From IMG/VR virus record IMGVR_UViG_2879462666_000008, positions 1,116 to 65,115 of that record: a DNA stretch of 64,000 nucleotides; one strand, given 5' to 3'. Shown here piece after piece: positions 47,404 through 57,339 of the stretch. The number at the start of each line of letters is the position of its first letter. Position 1 is the first letter of the stretch. The notes beneath the pieces are model-generated. The model made no database searches and was not told the DNA's origin. It worked only from the letters and a program-made list of their open reading frames with translations. Position numbers and translations under genes: made by a program. The stretch comes from a virus (lineage: Duplodnaviria > Caudoviricetes).

Positions 47404-49305
47404 TTAGGCGGCCTGTTCCGTATCGAAGCGCTGTTCTACCGGTACAATTAGTTTAACGCCCTCTTTATCGACGGCGTGGTACTCTCCGTCCGCCGCGCGT
47501 AGTCCGAGCAGATCCGTGCCTACGTCCTCAATCTGCGCGGTAACTATTTTCGTGTTTCCGCAGTATTTCGCGGAGGTAACGACATCACCGTGCTTAAACT
47601 CGCCGACCTTACGCCCGAGCTTCGCCCATTTAGCGATTTCCTGCGTTTCCTTCTCGATAGCGGCGATCTCCTCTGCGGACAGCTTAACGAGTTGGTCCGG
47701 CAGCGCAAATCCGTAGCTAGCAGCGTCTTCAATTCCGATTCTCTTCGATTCCCATTGCGTAGATTTAGGATTAGCGACGGTGTAAATTCCGCCGTCAGTA
47801 AACCCGTAAAGTCCGGAATTGTTTGCGCCGCTAATCAACCGCACCTTATCGCCCTTTGCGAAAGCATCGCGCGGGTCTTTCGGCGCAACCGCCGCGTTAT
47901 ACTCAGCCTCCGTAATCTGGCGCAGGGCGTCCGCGTTGCAGTATCCCCGGTTACCGCTAGTTTTCGTCACGACAAGCTTATAACGGCCGTTGAATCCGTC
48001 TGATACTACGTTTACGTAATCCCCGGTAGAGAATCCGCCGAGTGCCTGCGATTTACTTACGTCGACGATCTGCGCAAATCCTCCGTCAGCGAACGGACCG
48101 ACCGCGATTTTACGCTGAGCTTCCGCCCGGGCCGCGCTTACTTCTTCGGCGGTTGCTGGCGTGAGCTGATCCGGCGTAAACCATCCGGCGCGAGTACCGT
48201 CGAGTTTCTTCCCGCGATATGGACGGTTCGAGTGGTCCGTTTCCGTAAGCTCTACGATAAGGCCGACGATTGCCGCGCTAGCATAGCTCATATCAAACGC
48301 AAGCACCTTCGCGTAGTCTCCGATTTTCAAGCGCACAGGTTCCGCCGGCTTACGTTGCGCAAGGAACTCCGTTTCGGTTGCGGGCTCTACGTTGTACGTT
48401 ACGAGCCAGTTTCCGCGCTTTCCGTCCACAGTCTCAGCGCGGAATTGTTGGCCGCCGTACCTCGCGTTATCTTTAGTTTCTGTGATCATAACTACGCTGC
48501 CCTCCGTATAATCGTGACATACGGAATTGCCCGTAACCTTAACGTAGTCACCCGCGCTGAAACGTTTAGGCTTCGCTTTAACTTGCGTGTTGACCGGTTC
48601 GAGTACGACGTATTCGCGGAGATAGGCGCTATTGCGTTCATTAACGGTATCCCTGAAATAAACGTTGCCCTCTTCGTCTATTTCAATTACCGTAAACTCA
48701 TCGCCCATAACGTAGTCAATCGCAGCTACCGGATTAACGATCTTAATACGCTCACCTACGGCGGCCTTACGTTTGACTTCGCGATATGAAGCCGCCGGAG
48801 TCTCTACGCTGACCTTTTCGTACACGTCGAACACGATACCACTCGCGCCCATATCGTAATCATCTCCGTCATCATCCGTAATCTGCGCGCCACCAGCGAA
48901 GTCAATCTCGTTGACAAGGTACGCTTTACCTGAGGTAAGGTAGCTACGCGGAGCCTCCGCAAATACGATAACGTCACCTTCGCGGGCCGAGCGGTCGACC
49001 TTGCGATACTGTGCGGATTCGAACGTAAGATCAGCGGGAGCATCGGCGGTGCCTGCGGAGACTACTGGCGCGTAGACTTCGTGTTTCCAGCACGAAAGCT
49101 GCCGTGAGTCATCCGCACCATCCGCGAAGGAGTAGTCGCCGAGCACGTTATAGAACGCGCCTGCTTCGATATCTTCGCCGCTTTCCGTAACCTTAACGAT
49201 ATCGCCCGCCTGCGCCTTGCGGTCAACTTTGCGGAATTCTACGTTACTGCCGTCGATCTCTACCATTACGTTTACAGCCGGAATTACTACGTTTAATTTC
49301 GTCAT
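47404..49305 (-). CDS. Multi-KOW/SH3-like repeat protein
   Basis: About 8 modules with a (K/A)xGDxVxV-type core. Confidence 0.75.
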   Translation of the reverse strand: MTKLNVVIPAVNVMVEIDGSNVEFRKVDRKAQAGDIVKVTESGEDIEAGAFYNVLGDYSFADGADDSRQLSCWKHEVYAPVVSAGTADAPADLTFESAQYRKVDRSAREGDVIVFAEAPRSYLTSGKAYLVNEIDFAGGAQITDDDGDDYDMGASGIVFDVYEKVSVETPAASYREVKRKAAVGERIKIVNPVAAIDYVMGDEFTVIEIDEEGNVYFRDTVNERNSAYLREYVVLEPVNTQVKAKPKRFSAGDYVKVTGNSVCHDYTEGSVVMITETKDNARYGGQQFRAETVDGKRGNWLVTYNVEPATETEFLAQRKPAEPVRLKIGDYAKVLAFDMSYASAAIVGLIVELTETDHSNRPYRGKKLDGTRAGWFTPDQLTPATAEEVSAARAEAQRKIAVGPFADGGFAQIVDVSKSQALGGFSTGDYVNVVSDGFNGRYKLVVTKTSGNRGYCNADALRQITEAEYNAAVAPKDPRDAFAKGDKVRLISGANNSGLYGFTDGGIYTVANPKSTQWESKRIGIEDAASYGFALPDQLVKLSAEEIAAIEKETQEIAKWAKLGRKVGEFKHGDVVTSAKYCGNTKIVTAQIEDVGTDLLGLRAADGEYHAVDKEGVKLIVPVEQRFDTEQAA

Positions 49306-49387
49306 TTATACGGGTCTCCTTCGTTGGGACTGAGCCTTCGGCGCTTACCGTTAGCTCCTCCGCCCCGATAATGCGTTAATCTTACGT

Positions 49388-49849
49388 TTAGACAGCGGTC
49401 GGTAGTGGTAATTCCTCCGTGATCACAGCGGCCGAAACCGTATAGATATCGCGGTTAAGCGCTAGAGGCAGCTCAACCCAACGCTCAGCTGCACGTGCTT
49501 CTCCGCACCAGTACTCCGTAAGGCAGCGGTTCTCGAACATATACACGCGAGGCACTTCGCCCTCGATCACCCATACGCCAATAATGTAATCAGCGTCGGC
49601 TAGGTCGTAGATAGTCCCGTTGCCTTTCTTCGCGTAGACTACGAGGTCGCCGCCGCGATCCATACGCTGCCTAATCGTCTTCACTTGAATCCGCGCATAG
49701 TCTCCGCTTACGGGATCTTGCGCCAGGACATCGTACGCTTCGTCTGTCTCCGATTGGTGCACAGTCCATCCGTTCGCCAATAACGCTAATCTTGCGGCGA
49801 GCTCCGAATACTTACCTACGACTTCCGAAATATGTGCCGTCTGAACCAC
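49388..49849 (-). CDS. PD-(D/E)XK endonuclease (group I intron-associated type)
   Basis: G..SEL.A...LL..GW.V...YD...RIQVKT; start uncertain (GTG 49849 or ACG 49840). Confidence 0.75.
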   Translation of the reverse strand: MVQTAHISEVVGKYSELAARLALLANGWTVHQSETDEAYDVLAQDPVSGDYARIQVKTIRQRMDRGGDLVVYAKKGNGTIYDLADADYIIGVWVIEGEVPRVYMFENRCLTEYWCGEARAAERWVELPLALNRDIYTVSAAVITEELPLPTAV

Positions 49850-49954
49850 GTCCTCTCTCGTTAAATTCTCCGCCAGCCAGCGCAACCAACACGCAGACCG
49901 GCGGTTTATTACCGTTGTTACCTGATGCTAATTGCGGATGTTCGGGACACGCGA

Positions 49955-50758
49955 TCAAAACGGTAGATCCTCTTCGGAGATATCGATAGGAGCCCCGTCG
50001 TCGGCTGGCGGCGGAGTCTGCGTACTAGTTCCCGCGCTCGCTCCGATAGACAATCCGAGTCGTCCGATATCAAATCCCGCAACTACGAGATTCTTCGTTT
50101 GCTCAGCGTCATCGGCTACGTATAAGCACGTTTCGAAATCCGCGAGTTCAAACGGAGCCGCCCCGAGCTTAGCGAAGTTAGCGCGTTCTTCTGGCGTGAG
50201 GTCTTCGTCCATGTCAATGATCGGAGACAGCGCGACGACGGCGTTTGTGCTCGATCCGGTCTTCGCGAGTTCGAACGCGATTGTTCCGAGCTTCTTCTCG
50301 TACTTCTTGATTACGGCCTTGAGCGTTTCCTCTTGCTTCGGACTCAAATCGACTACTACGTCCTTACCGGTCGCTAAGTCGAAGAATGCGCGAAGGAAAC
50401 GTTTCTTACCGCGATACAAATACGCCTCATCCGTAATCTTCTTAACCGCGTCCTCACTGGCGCCGGCATTCTTCGCTGTGTCCGCCTCTTTATAAAGGAG
50501 CGCAGCCGCTTGATCCCATACGGTCGGATTAGCGTCAATATAACCGCGAGCATTACGTGTTGCGGGATTCTTAGGAACGAACGTGTTCACTTTCTTGAAG
50601 ATGCTGTAACCGTAATACTCCGCTACATCGTTAATCGACTTAACGCCAACCTTTAGCGCTGTTCCGGATTTAAACGAAGTAATCGGACTCTCCTTCGCTC
50701 CTCCTTCGTTGTTACCTGCCGCCGCTGCCTCTGCGCCTACCTTCGTAAACATCGACAT
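49955..50758 (-). CDS. Single-stranded DNA-binding protein (gp32-like)
   Basis: Acidic tail DISEEDLPF; located in the replication module. Confidence 0.7.
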   Translation of the reverse strand: MSMFTKVGAEAAAAGNNEGGAKESPITSFKSGTALKVGVKSINDVAEYYGYSIFKKVNTFVPKNPATRNARGYIDANPTVWDQAAALLYKEADTAKNAGASEDAVKKITDEAYLYRGKKRFLRAFFDLATGKDVVVDLSPKQEETLKAVIKKYEKKLGTIAFELAKTGSSTNAVVALSPIIDMDEDLTPEERANFAKLGAAPFELADFETCLYVADDAEQTKNLVVAGFDIGRLGLSIGASAGTSTQTPPPADDGAPIDISEEDLPF

Positions 50759-50897
50759 TCGATCACGTTCCTCTTCATATAATGTACGGTTAAACGCATC
50801 GTTACTGCGTAGGTTCCGCCAGACCTCGGACAATCGTGCGTCCGCAGCGCGGCATTAACGGTCACTTCCGCGTTAACACCGTGCGGCCGGCGCAAGA

Positions 50898-51419
50898 TTA
50901 CGCCGTTATTGATACATAGCCCTCCGCGAAACTCGTTAACTCCCGTTTAGCACGTTTTACCGCCGCCAGTACTTCGCACAATTCCGCTTCAACTTCCGCC
51001 AAGCTCGCGGTTAGATTAGCGATGCGCGGCGCAGATTTCGTCCGCAATATAGCGATATTAATATCGATGCGCCGCGTTTCTAGTTGTGCCTTTTTATCCG
51101 CGTAGCTGCGTTCGGCTTCGAGCGCTTTGACCTGGCGCTTACGGAGTTCCTTTTCCGCGAGCTCGGCGATACAGTCGGCAGCCATTTGCGTGCGGGATGC
51201 GTAACGAACGGATTTAACTATGTCCTCATATAGTGCTGCGAAAAACATAATCTTACCGTTAACAAATAGGCGCGCCTCACTTCCGTCGTCATCTACCGTG
51301 TTACAAACGTAGCGAGCTGACGTTAATTTTTCGTTAAACCACGTATTTACGTTGTCATGCGTAATTCCGAATCGTTCAACGGCACGTTTAGCTGCGTGGG
51401 TTGATGCGAGCCAAGTCAT
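50898..51419 (-). CDS. Hypothetical protein
   Basis: THAAKRAVERFG N-terminus plus coiled coil. Confidence 0.65.
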   Translation of the reverse strand: MTWLASTHAAKRAVERFGITHDNVNTWFNEKLTSARYVCNTVDDDGSEARLFVNGKIMFFAALYEDIVKSVRYASRTQMAADCIAELAEKELRKRQVKALEAERSYADKKAQLETRRIDINIAILRTKSAPRIANLTASLAEVEAELCEVLAAVKRAKRELTSFAEGYVSITA

Positions 51420-51574
51420 GCGATGACACGCCCCTTCATAGCGTTGCGGATATCAATATAATCCGCCGTGTCTTCGTAGTTTTCGAAGCCTCCGTTATAG
51501 ATGCGATCGACCAATCTGTTTGAAACGTGGGGATTGCGTGTATTTATATGAGTAACGTTTTTTATACGATTCAT
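51416..51574 (-). CDS. 52-aa hypothetical protein
   Basis: GGAGG RBS, ATGA overlap with the next gene. Confidence 0.55.
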   Translation of the reverse strand: MNRIKNVTHINTRNPHVSNRLVDRIYNGGFENYEDTADYIDIRNAMKGRVIA

Positions 51575-51790
51575 GGCGTTAACCTCCGGTTAATAAATAG
51601 TAGGCGCAGTTAAATAAGCGTTGACAACCGCAAATTTTTTGCGTAATATTGAAAACGTGAAGTATTGAATGGATATATTTAGGAAATCCTATACATAAGG
51701 TAACTAATACCACCGGAATATCTTTAAATTTTTGTGATATAATTAATACTGGAACGGACATCATGCCCGATAGCCCGTTCCGAAAATCAT

Positions 51791-52408
51791 TTAAACGGCT
51801 AAGTATTCGCGGACATCACCGAAGCGATTGGCGTCGTAACGGCGAGCAAGTCTGCGAAGCTTACGTTTAACTGTCTCATGGTGTATCCCAAGTGATCTTG
51901 CGATCTCCGTGGGCTTTGCGTCTAGCGGCGCGAACAAATATGCTTCGACGATTGTGGTCGTCGTGGTATCGGTCTTGGCGGACCGAGTGAGAGAATCGAT
52001 CAGCTCCAACTGGTCGGTTCTTTTTTTACGTACAACTCGCTGAATTACCGCTAGCTCAACGTCCGTATCTTCGTCGCGTACATCTGAGTTTGGCGCCTCA
52101 GTATCTACGCTGAGTTCAAAACGTTTACGTCGGCGCTGCTCAGCCTTGAAAAAATCAAGCTGTGCGGCGTTAAGCGCTGTTAGTAATAATGCTCCGAAAT
52201 TATCCGGTGATTTGGCGATCACCTTAAGGATTACGGAATCTAGTAATTCGTCCGCATCGTTGTTATCACCCATACGGGAAAAGACGATTCGGTTACGATT
52301 CATTCGGCGGAATAACGTGATTGCCTCTTCATACATCTCGGAAAAAGTGGCATCCGTTCTATCTACCAAATGGACGGCGGCTAACCTATTCAGTTTTTCA
52401 AAGTTCAA
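51791..52408 (-). CDS. ECF-like sigma factor / HTH regulator
   Basis: DADELL...LDFFK..RRRK (region 2-like); TEIARSLGIHHETVKRKLRRL (region 4). Confidence 0.7.
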   Translation of the reverse strand: MNFEKLNRLAAVHLVDRTDATFSEMYEEAITLFRRMNRNRIVFSRMGDNNDADELLDSVILKVIAKSPDNFGALLLTALNAAQLDFFKAEQRRRKRFELSVDTEAPNSDVRDEDTDVELAVIQRVVRKKRTDQLELIDSLTRSAKTDTTTTTIVEAYLFAPLDAKPTEIARSLGIHHETVKRKLRRLARRYDANRFGDVREYLAV

Positions 52409-52457
52409 TACTCAACAACTCCCTACATGATATTTTATAATTTTAATGCTTGTCTGC

Positions 52458-52503
52458 CTTACATAGATAAAGTCGACATGCTCAAATGCCCCGCACACTT
52501 TTA
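52458..52503 (-). promoter_or_regulatory. Phage-specific promoter motif, copy 2
   Basis: Same consensus as 41365. Confidence 0.75.
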
Positions 52504-52564
52504 CAAGAAAAATATGTTAGAATAATTAAGTTATCATTTCGCAAAGTATCGGAGGCGCTCATAA

Positions 52565-52807
52565 ATGTACGTTGTCGGTGAATGCCGACTTCGGGCGCTA
52601 CTCAAAGAACGTAAACTATCGCAGGTTGAGCTTAGCCGCAGGACCGGATACTCCCGTTCGCAAATCGGTCATTGGATAAACGACCGGAAACGTGTGGGCG
52701 TTATGGGCCTCGACAAAGCGCGGACGATTGCGGAAGTTCTCGGTCTTGACTCCCCGTACGACTTGTACGAATGGGAAGAAGCTCCCGTTAAGGCAACGGA
52801 CGATTAA
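52565..52807 (+). CDS. XRE-family HTH regulator
   Basis: CRLRALLKERKLSQVELSRRTG...DLYEW. Confidence 0.85.
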   Translation: MYVVGECRLRALLKERKLSQVELSRRTGYSRSQIGHWINDRKRVGVMGLDKARTIAEVLGLDSPYDLYEWEEAPVKATDD

Positions 52808-52849
52808 TTTCGTTCGTACCGACAAAAAGTCGTCAAATTTTACGACATT

Positions 52850-53815
52850 TCACGTACACAAACGCACGCGAATCGCATCTATCCGTTTTGCTGCCTCGCA
52901 TGCTTCTCTAGTTGCCGCAATCCCCGCCGCATTAAAATCCTTCGCGCTGTTCGGAATCTCTACGTTGTATAATCGCACGTACCCGCGCATCTTTTTTTCG
53001 ATCTCCCACCGCAGCTTTTCTCCGGCGGCATCGTTGTCTCCCGCAATCAATAGTTCCTCGATCGGGCTGCGGCGCAGTAGATTCGCCTTTTCCTCGGTAA
53101 ACTCCGATCCGCCGACCGCTAATCCGAACGTACCCGCCGTACTCGCCGTCATTGCGTCGATCTCGGCCTCACCGATGACCGCGCGTTTGATATTCCGCCG
53201 ATATGCGATGTCAATTCCGTATATCATCGATTTGACCGGAGCCCCTCCGCGCGCATACCAGAATTGTTTACCGTAAGTTGACCGCCACTTCGCGTTAAGA
53301 AACGTTCCGACCGGGCTTGTCCACGGCATAACTACCGCATTATTCGTAACGTCGTAACCGCATCTATAAAGCCGCTGTATTACTGGCGCTATTCCTCGAT
53401 TAGTTAAGTACCGAATCTCTCGTTGTATGTACGGGGACATATCGATCGGCTTACGTATGGCAGCTTGCGGTTCGGGCGCGTTCAATCGGATACGTAGCGT
53501 TGGGCGCTCGTCCACGTCAGCACCAACCGTTAACTCTTCAAACGCTTCCCGGAGCGTAATGTTGCGCAGGAAGCTGTATAGCTTCAACGGGCTTCCACGC
53601 GCCCACTCCGGATCTTCCGCCCCCATATCGTTCCATGCGCCGAAAGACTCCGAATCAGTATCGACCACAAGCGAAAATGAAGGAGTGTTATCCGCGCGCG
53701 AGCCGAACGGAGATGACGCGATTAGGCGTCCGCGAGCATATGATGAGCTGCGCCAGGGGTAACGTTCGATTGCGGATAAAAACAAATCCGCATTAATTGC
53801 GGTAAAAGCGCTCAT
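52850..53815 (-). CDS. DNA primase (TOPRIM)
   Basis: SPF..R.D.TPSF, YL..RGI, EAEIDAM, DNDAAG. Confidence 0.88.
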   Translation of the reverse strand: MSAFTAINADLFLSAIERYPWRSSSYARGRLIASSPFGSRADNTPSFSLVVDTDSESFGAWNDMGAEDPEWARGSPLKLYSFLRNITLREAFEELTVGADVDERPTLRIRLNAPEPQAAIRKPIDMSPYIQREIRYLTNRGIAPVIQRLYRCGYDVTNNAVVMPWTSPVGTFLNAKWRSTYGKQFWYARGGAPVKSMIYGIDIAYRRNIKRAVIGEAEIDAMTASTAGTFGLAVGGSEFTEEKANLLRRSPIEELLIAGDNDAAGEKLRWEIEKKMRGYVRLYNVEIPNSAKDFNAAGIAATREACEAAKRIDAIRVRLCT

Positions 53816-53852
53816 GGATTTATCACCTCGCAGTACTTAGAGTATGGTCAGA

Positions 53853-54362
53853 TTATTTACGCATATTATCAAGTTCTGCGAAATCCTTTTCAAGCTGTTC
53901 TATGGAGTTTCGTACTCTTGTTACCAACCAAAACTCTTCGTCGGTTATGAAATTGTTATAATCACGTGCAAATGTTGTCGTTTCTTTGCATCTTTTAAAA
54001 GAGCTTTCACTCATAAGAGCTTCGAGGTCATTCCTCAAAGCAGTATATAACCGTGTCATAGCTATCCCTCTTTCGTATGGGATTTCACCATTTACCATCC
54101 CTGTGATAACCCTTTTATTTAGTGGATCCGAACTAGGGATAATTCCTGCGCGATAGTATAGATCATCAGGGTTTACTTCGAGTGCTGATGCAATTTGGTC
54201 GAGAGTGGCAATCTTAGGAACGGCCTCGTTTCTTTCAATCTTACTTAATTGAGAAGGACTTATTCCCGACTTTTCTGAAACATCCCTTAGTGTTAGGTTG
54301 CGCTTAACTCTTAACTCATTAATATAATTTCCTAGAAGTGGTATGTTGAATTCAAAGTCCAT
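53853..54362 (-). CDS. XRE-family repressor-like protein (AT-rich)
   Basis: LTLRDVSEKSGISPSQLSKIERN...TLDQIASAL. Confidence 0.85.
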   Translation of the reverse strand: MDFEFNIPLLGNYINELRVKRNLTLRDVSEKSGISPSQLSKIERNEAVPKIATLDQIASALEVNPDDLYYRAGIIPSSDPLNKRVITGMVNGEIPYERGIAMTRLYTALRNDLEALMSESSFKRCKETTTFARDYNNFITDEEFWLVTRVRNSIEQLEKDFAELDNMRK

Positions 54363-54461
54363 AATTTACCTCCTAATTGGTTATGTTGTTAGGATAACCA
54401 ACCTTGTCCGTAAAGTCAACATTTTATTTCTAATCAGGAAACAAGAAATTAACACACCAAC

Positions 54462-55817
54462 CTACGCTACAAACTTCGCAGCTTCATCCGCTAAATCCGT
54501 CTCCTGCACGATGCCCCAGTTCGGAAGATATACGATCTCAACGCGCGTATCCTCGCCGCCATTACGCCCTTTACCGAGTTCGATTACTCCGCGCCCTTCG
54601 TGTGCCAGCGTATCTATACCGAAAATGTTCGCGGCATCCTCAAGTATCGCTTTCGACTTCTTAAGCTCCGCACGTTTTGGCGGCCGCAGCTCGCGTACTC
54701 CATCCTCGCCCTTTTCTGACGCATCTTCCTCCGCTTGTGTTACGAGATGAATTACGGTCTTCGTCTGCCCCGCCAGGCGCTTAAGCTTAACGGAGGTCGC
54801 CGCCACATCACCACCGGCCACCCGCGACGTGTTCGCTTCGTAATCCATGAGATATATCGGATCGACTACGACTACATCCGCCTCTGTTTCGCGAATGTCC
54901 GCCTCTAATTGCGTGATTCCTCGCTCCGTAAAGCCTTCGCTATCTGCAGCGCGGAGTATAATGCGACCCGGAATCAATTCGTTCAGCGTACGGAGGAACG
55001 TTTCAAACTGCGTTTCGAACTCGTCCGTTAAGCGCCCCATTAATAGCGCCTTATTTTCGAAGCCTGCCGCGTAATCCACTCCGTCGATGTTCGCATTAAA
55101 TAGTCCGTTACGTGCGCTGATTGACGAGTAAGCCCGCGCCATCCACTCGAACTCCGACATCTCTAACGCCCATACGAGAACAGTTGCGCCCTGAAACGCA
55201 GCTTCGATCGCGCCATCCTCCATTACAAGAACGGATTTACCGCGACCGGATCGCGCATACCACGCGTAAGTGTTGCCGGAGAAATAACCGCCAATTTGAT
55301 CGTTAATAGATGCGAATTTACTACGCCAGATACGAAATGACGTACCGGCTTTCCGTGCTCGATACTCCGCTAGGAACTTATCCGTCTCACTGGAAACGTC
55401 TGTTAATATACGAATGTTTGTTCGTGTTTCCAGTTTAATCCGTTCGAGCTGTTTCGTCAATGATGCGACAAACTCTTCCGTTGTCTTTGTGTCGAAATCG
55501 CGCTGCATATTCGGATCACTTAGAAGCTTCGCTGTCGCACGTTTGCCCGCCGCATCCTTTAACTCCCGCGCTAAATAGTCGAAACTATCCGTTACGCCCG
55601 GTATATATGCGCACACTTCGTCCGGAAATTCCGCTACGAAAGTCGATAGCGATGGCGCTACTCCGCCGTTATCTGCCGCGTACTTAACAACGAAGTCATG
55701 CGCGCGCTGTTCGCCTTCCGTGGCGTAGTCTGTTCGCTTAATGCCGAGCCGCGTTAACGCCAGGACATCGCCGGTGTCTACGATCTTAGATAGTAATTGC
55801 TGACCGTGCGCCGCCAT
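54462..55817 (-). CDS. DnaB-like replicative helicase
   Basis: ARSGRGKS, ALEM, VVVDPIY, VTQA, KGRNG. Confidence 0.92.
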   Translation of the reverse strand: MAAHGQQLLSKIVDTGDVLALTRLGIKRTDYATEGEQRAHDFVVKYAADNGGVAPSLSTFVAEFPDEVCAYIPGVTDSFDYLARELKDAAGKRATAKLLSDPNMQRDFDTKTTEEFVASLTKQLERIKLETRTNIRILTDVSSETDKFLAEYRARKAGTSFRIWRSKFASINDQIGGYFSGNTYAWYARSGRGKSVLVMEDGAIEAAFQGATVLVWALEMSEFEWMARAYSSISARNGLFNANIDGVDYAAGFENKALLMGRLTDEFETQFETFLRTLNELIPGRIILRAADSEGFTERGITQLEADIRETEADVVVVDPIYLMDYEANTSRVAGGDVAATSVKLKRLAGQTKTVIHLVTQAEEDASEKGEDGVRELRPPKRAELKKSKAILEDAANIFGIDTLAHEGRGVIELGKGRNGGEDTRVEIVYLPNWGIVQETDLADEAAKFVA

Positions 55818-56043
55818 AGGTACACCTCCTATTTTACTCTCGCTTAACCTAACACCCAACTCCCATATAAGACGATATTCATTCGACATAGTTGGGATTA
55901 TTTATAAATTATTGGACGGCATTAGGAAATAATTAAGTACGTTAATGTATTCTCAGTGCGTTATCATAGCGCAATTTGTCGAATATAGCCGCAATTATTA
56001 CGCTATACCATACGTTCTCCCGAAATCGCATCTTAACGCCTAT

Positions 56044-56844
56044 TTACGCCGTTTTGCGCAGACCTCGCTTACTCTCGCCGACAAATCGTATCTCTACGCA
56101 CTGTTCGCGTATCCTATCGGCTAACCTCGCGTCGAACACTTGCGCCAGATCCGCGAGCATCACGTTACTCGTGTACACCGTCGGCAATCCGTTAGCCACG
56201 CGATGATTAATAACGCTATGCAAGTCCGCGCGGAAGGCTTCGGATGCTGAGCGGACGCCGATATCGTCGAGGACCGCGAACGGAGCCGCCTTCGTACGCT
56301 GTTCGATCGCATAGTATTCGGCAGCTAACGGTTCGGCGGTCGCAGGCGGTACATGCGCTCGGTTGAATCCGAGGAATAACGTCTGCCAGGCGTTTACGTC
56401 ACAAAAGTAAGCCGGACGTTCCAGCGGTTGCCCGTTCCGTTGGATGCTCCCGATATAGTGGCGTATTATCCATTCGTGTAGTAACGCTGCGGCTGTCGTA
56501 GTCTTTCCGGTGCCAGGCGACTCGCTATACAAGTAAAGCGATTTAATGCGCTCATCTGACGTATCACCGAATTGCCGCATGAAAGTTCGCGCATAAGGCT
56601 CGACTACGCTGTATGCTCGGTACTCCCGCGTTTTGTCCCGCGCTAGGGCTTCGCGTGCTGGCGAATTGGCGAGCGTAATACCTTTGTAGTCCGCAGGCAT
56701 ATTCGCCGCACCTACGCGTCCTCCGAGTCCATTTGCGCCGTGGCAAGCGATGAACGACGGACAGCGCGAGTTACACTTGGCGGTGTCGGCTAGCGAACAC
56801 GATCCCGCGAGTATACAGTTTTTTGAATGAGCATTGTGTGACAT
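56044..56844 (-). CDS. DnaC/IstB-like helicase loader ATPase
   Basis: PGTGKTT, VLDDIG, PTVYTSN, RLADRI, GESKR. Confidence 0.9.
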   Translation of the reverse strand: MSHNAHSKNCILAGSCSLADTAKCNSRCPSFIACHGANGLGGRVGAANMPADYKGITLANSPAREALARDKTREYRAYSVVEPYARTFMRQFGDTSDERIKSLYLYSESPGTGKTTTAAALLHEWIIRHYIGSIQRNGQPLERPAYFCDVNAWQTLFLGFNRAHVPPATAEPLAAEYYAIEQRTKAAPFAVLDDIGVRSASEAFRADLHSVINHRVANGLPTVYTSNVMLADLAQVFDARLADRIREQCVEIRFVGESKRGLRKTA

Positions 56845-56910
56845 AACGTTCCTCCTTTACGTAACGTACGTATAACTATACGACGCGAATCGTAAATAAT
56901 GAACTACGTC

Positions 56911-57339
56911 TTACAAAAAATCCGCAATCTCCTCCGCAGTCATCCCGCCATTTACTACCGCCGTCTCCACCCGTTCCTTACGTTGCCCGTTCGCAAGGAC
57001 TTGCGGCATAAGGCGGGGCAGTAACCACGTTATCAAAAAGCCCGCCGTTAACTGCGGATACAGCGGTGTTACGCGATGTTCCGCGAAAGCACGTTCGATC
57101 GTTTCGCGTAAAGCCCCCGCACCGTACAGCGTGAGCGCACGTTTGATTACGCCTTGTTCGAAGCGATAACCACCTGCAGCCGGAATGTACGTTTCGACTC
57201 CGTAGCGCTCACGATTGAGCTCCGTAATCATTACCTGGACGGTCAGCGTATTCCAATCCGCGAGGGGGAGATTACGCCAGTCTTTACGTTGCTCTGCGGT
57301 GATACGCGGTTTAGCTGGCGTTTTCTTGCGTGGAGCCAT
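56911..57339 (-). CDS. Replication-associated hypothetical protein
   Basis: Upstream of the loader; DW.NLP..DWN, YPQLTAGF. Confidence 0.65.
   Translation of the reverse strand: MAPRKKTPAKPRITAEQRKDWRNLPLADWNTLTVQVMITELNRERYGVETYIPAAGGYRFEQGVIKRALTLYGAGALRETIERAFAEHRVTPLYPQLTAGFLITWLLPRLMPQVLANGQRKERVETAVVNGGMTAEEIADFL

Noticed and set aside
51500-54400. Arbitrium (aimR/aimP) communication system
   Set aside because: No TPR receptor and no short secreted pro-peptide gene visible in the window
55410-55425. LexA-box-like CGAATGTTTGTTCG
   Set aside because: Imperfect match located inside the helicase coding sequence
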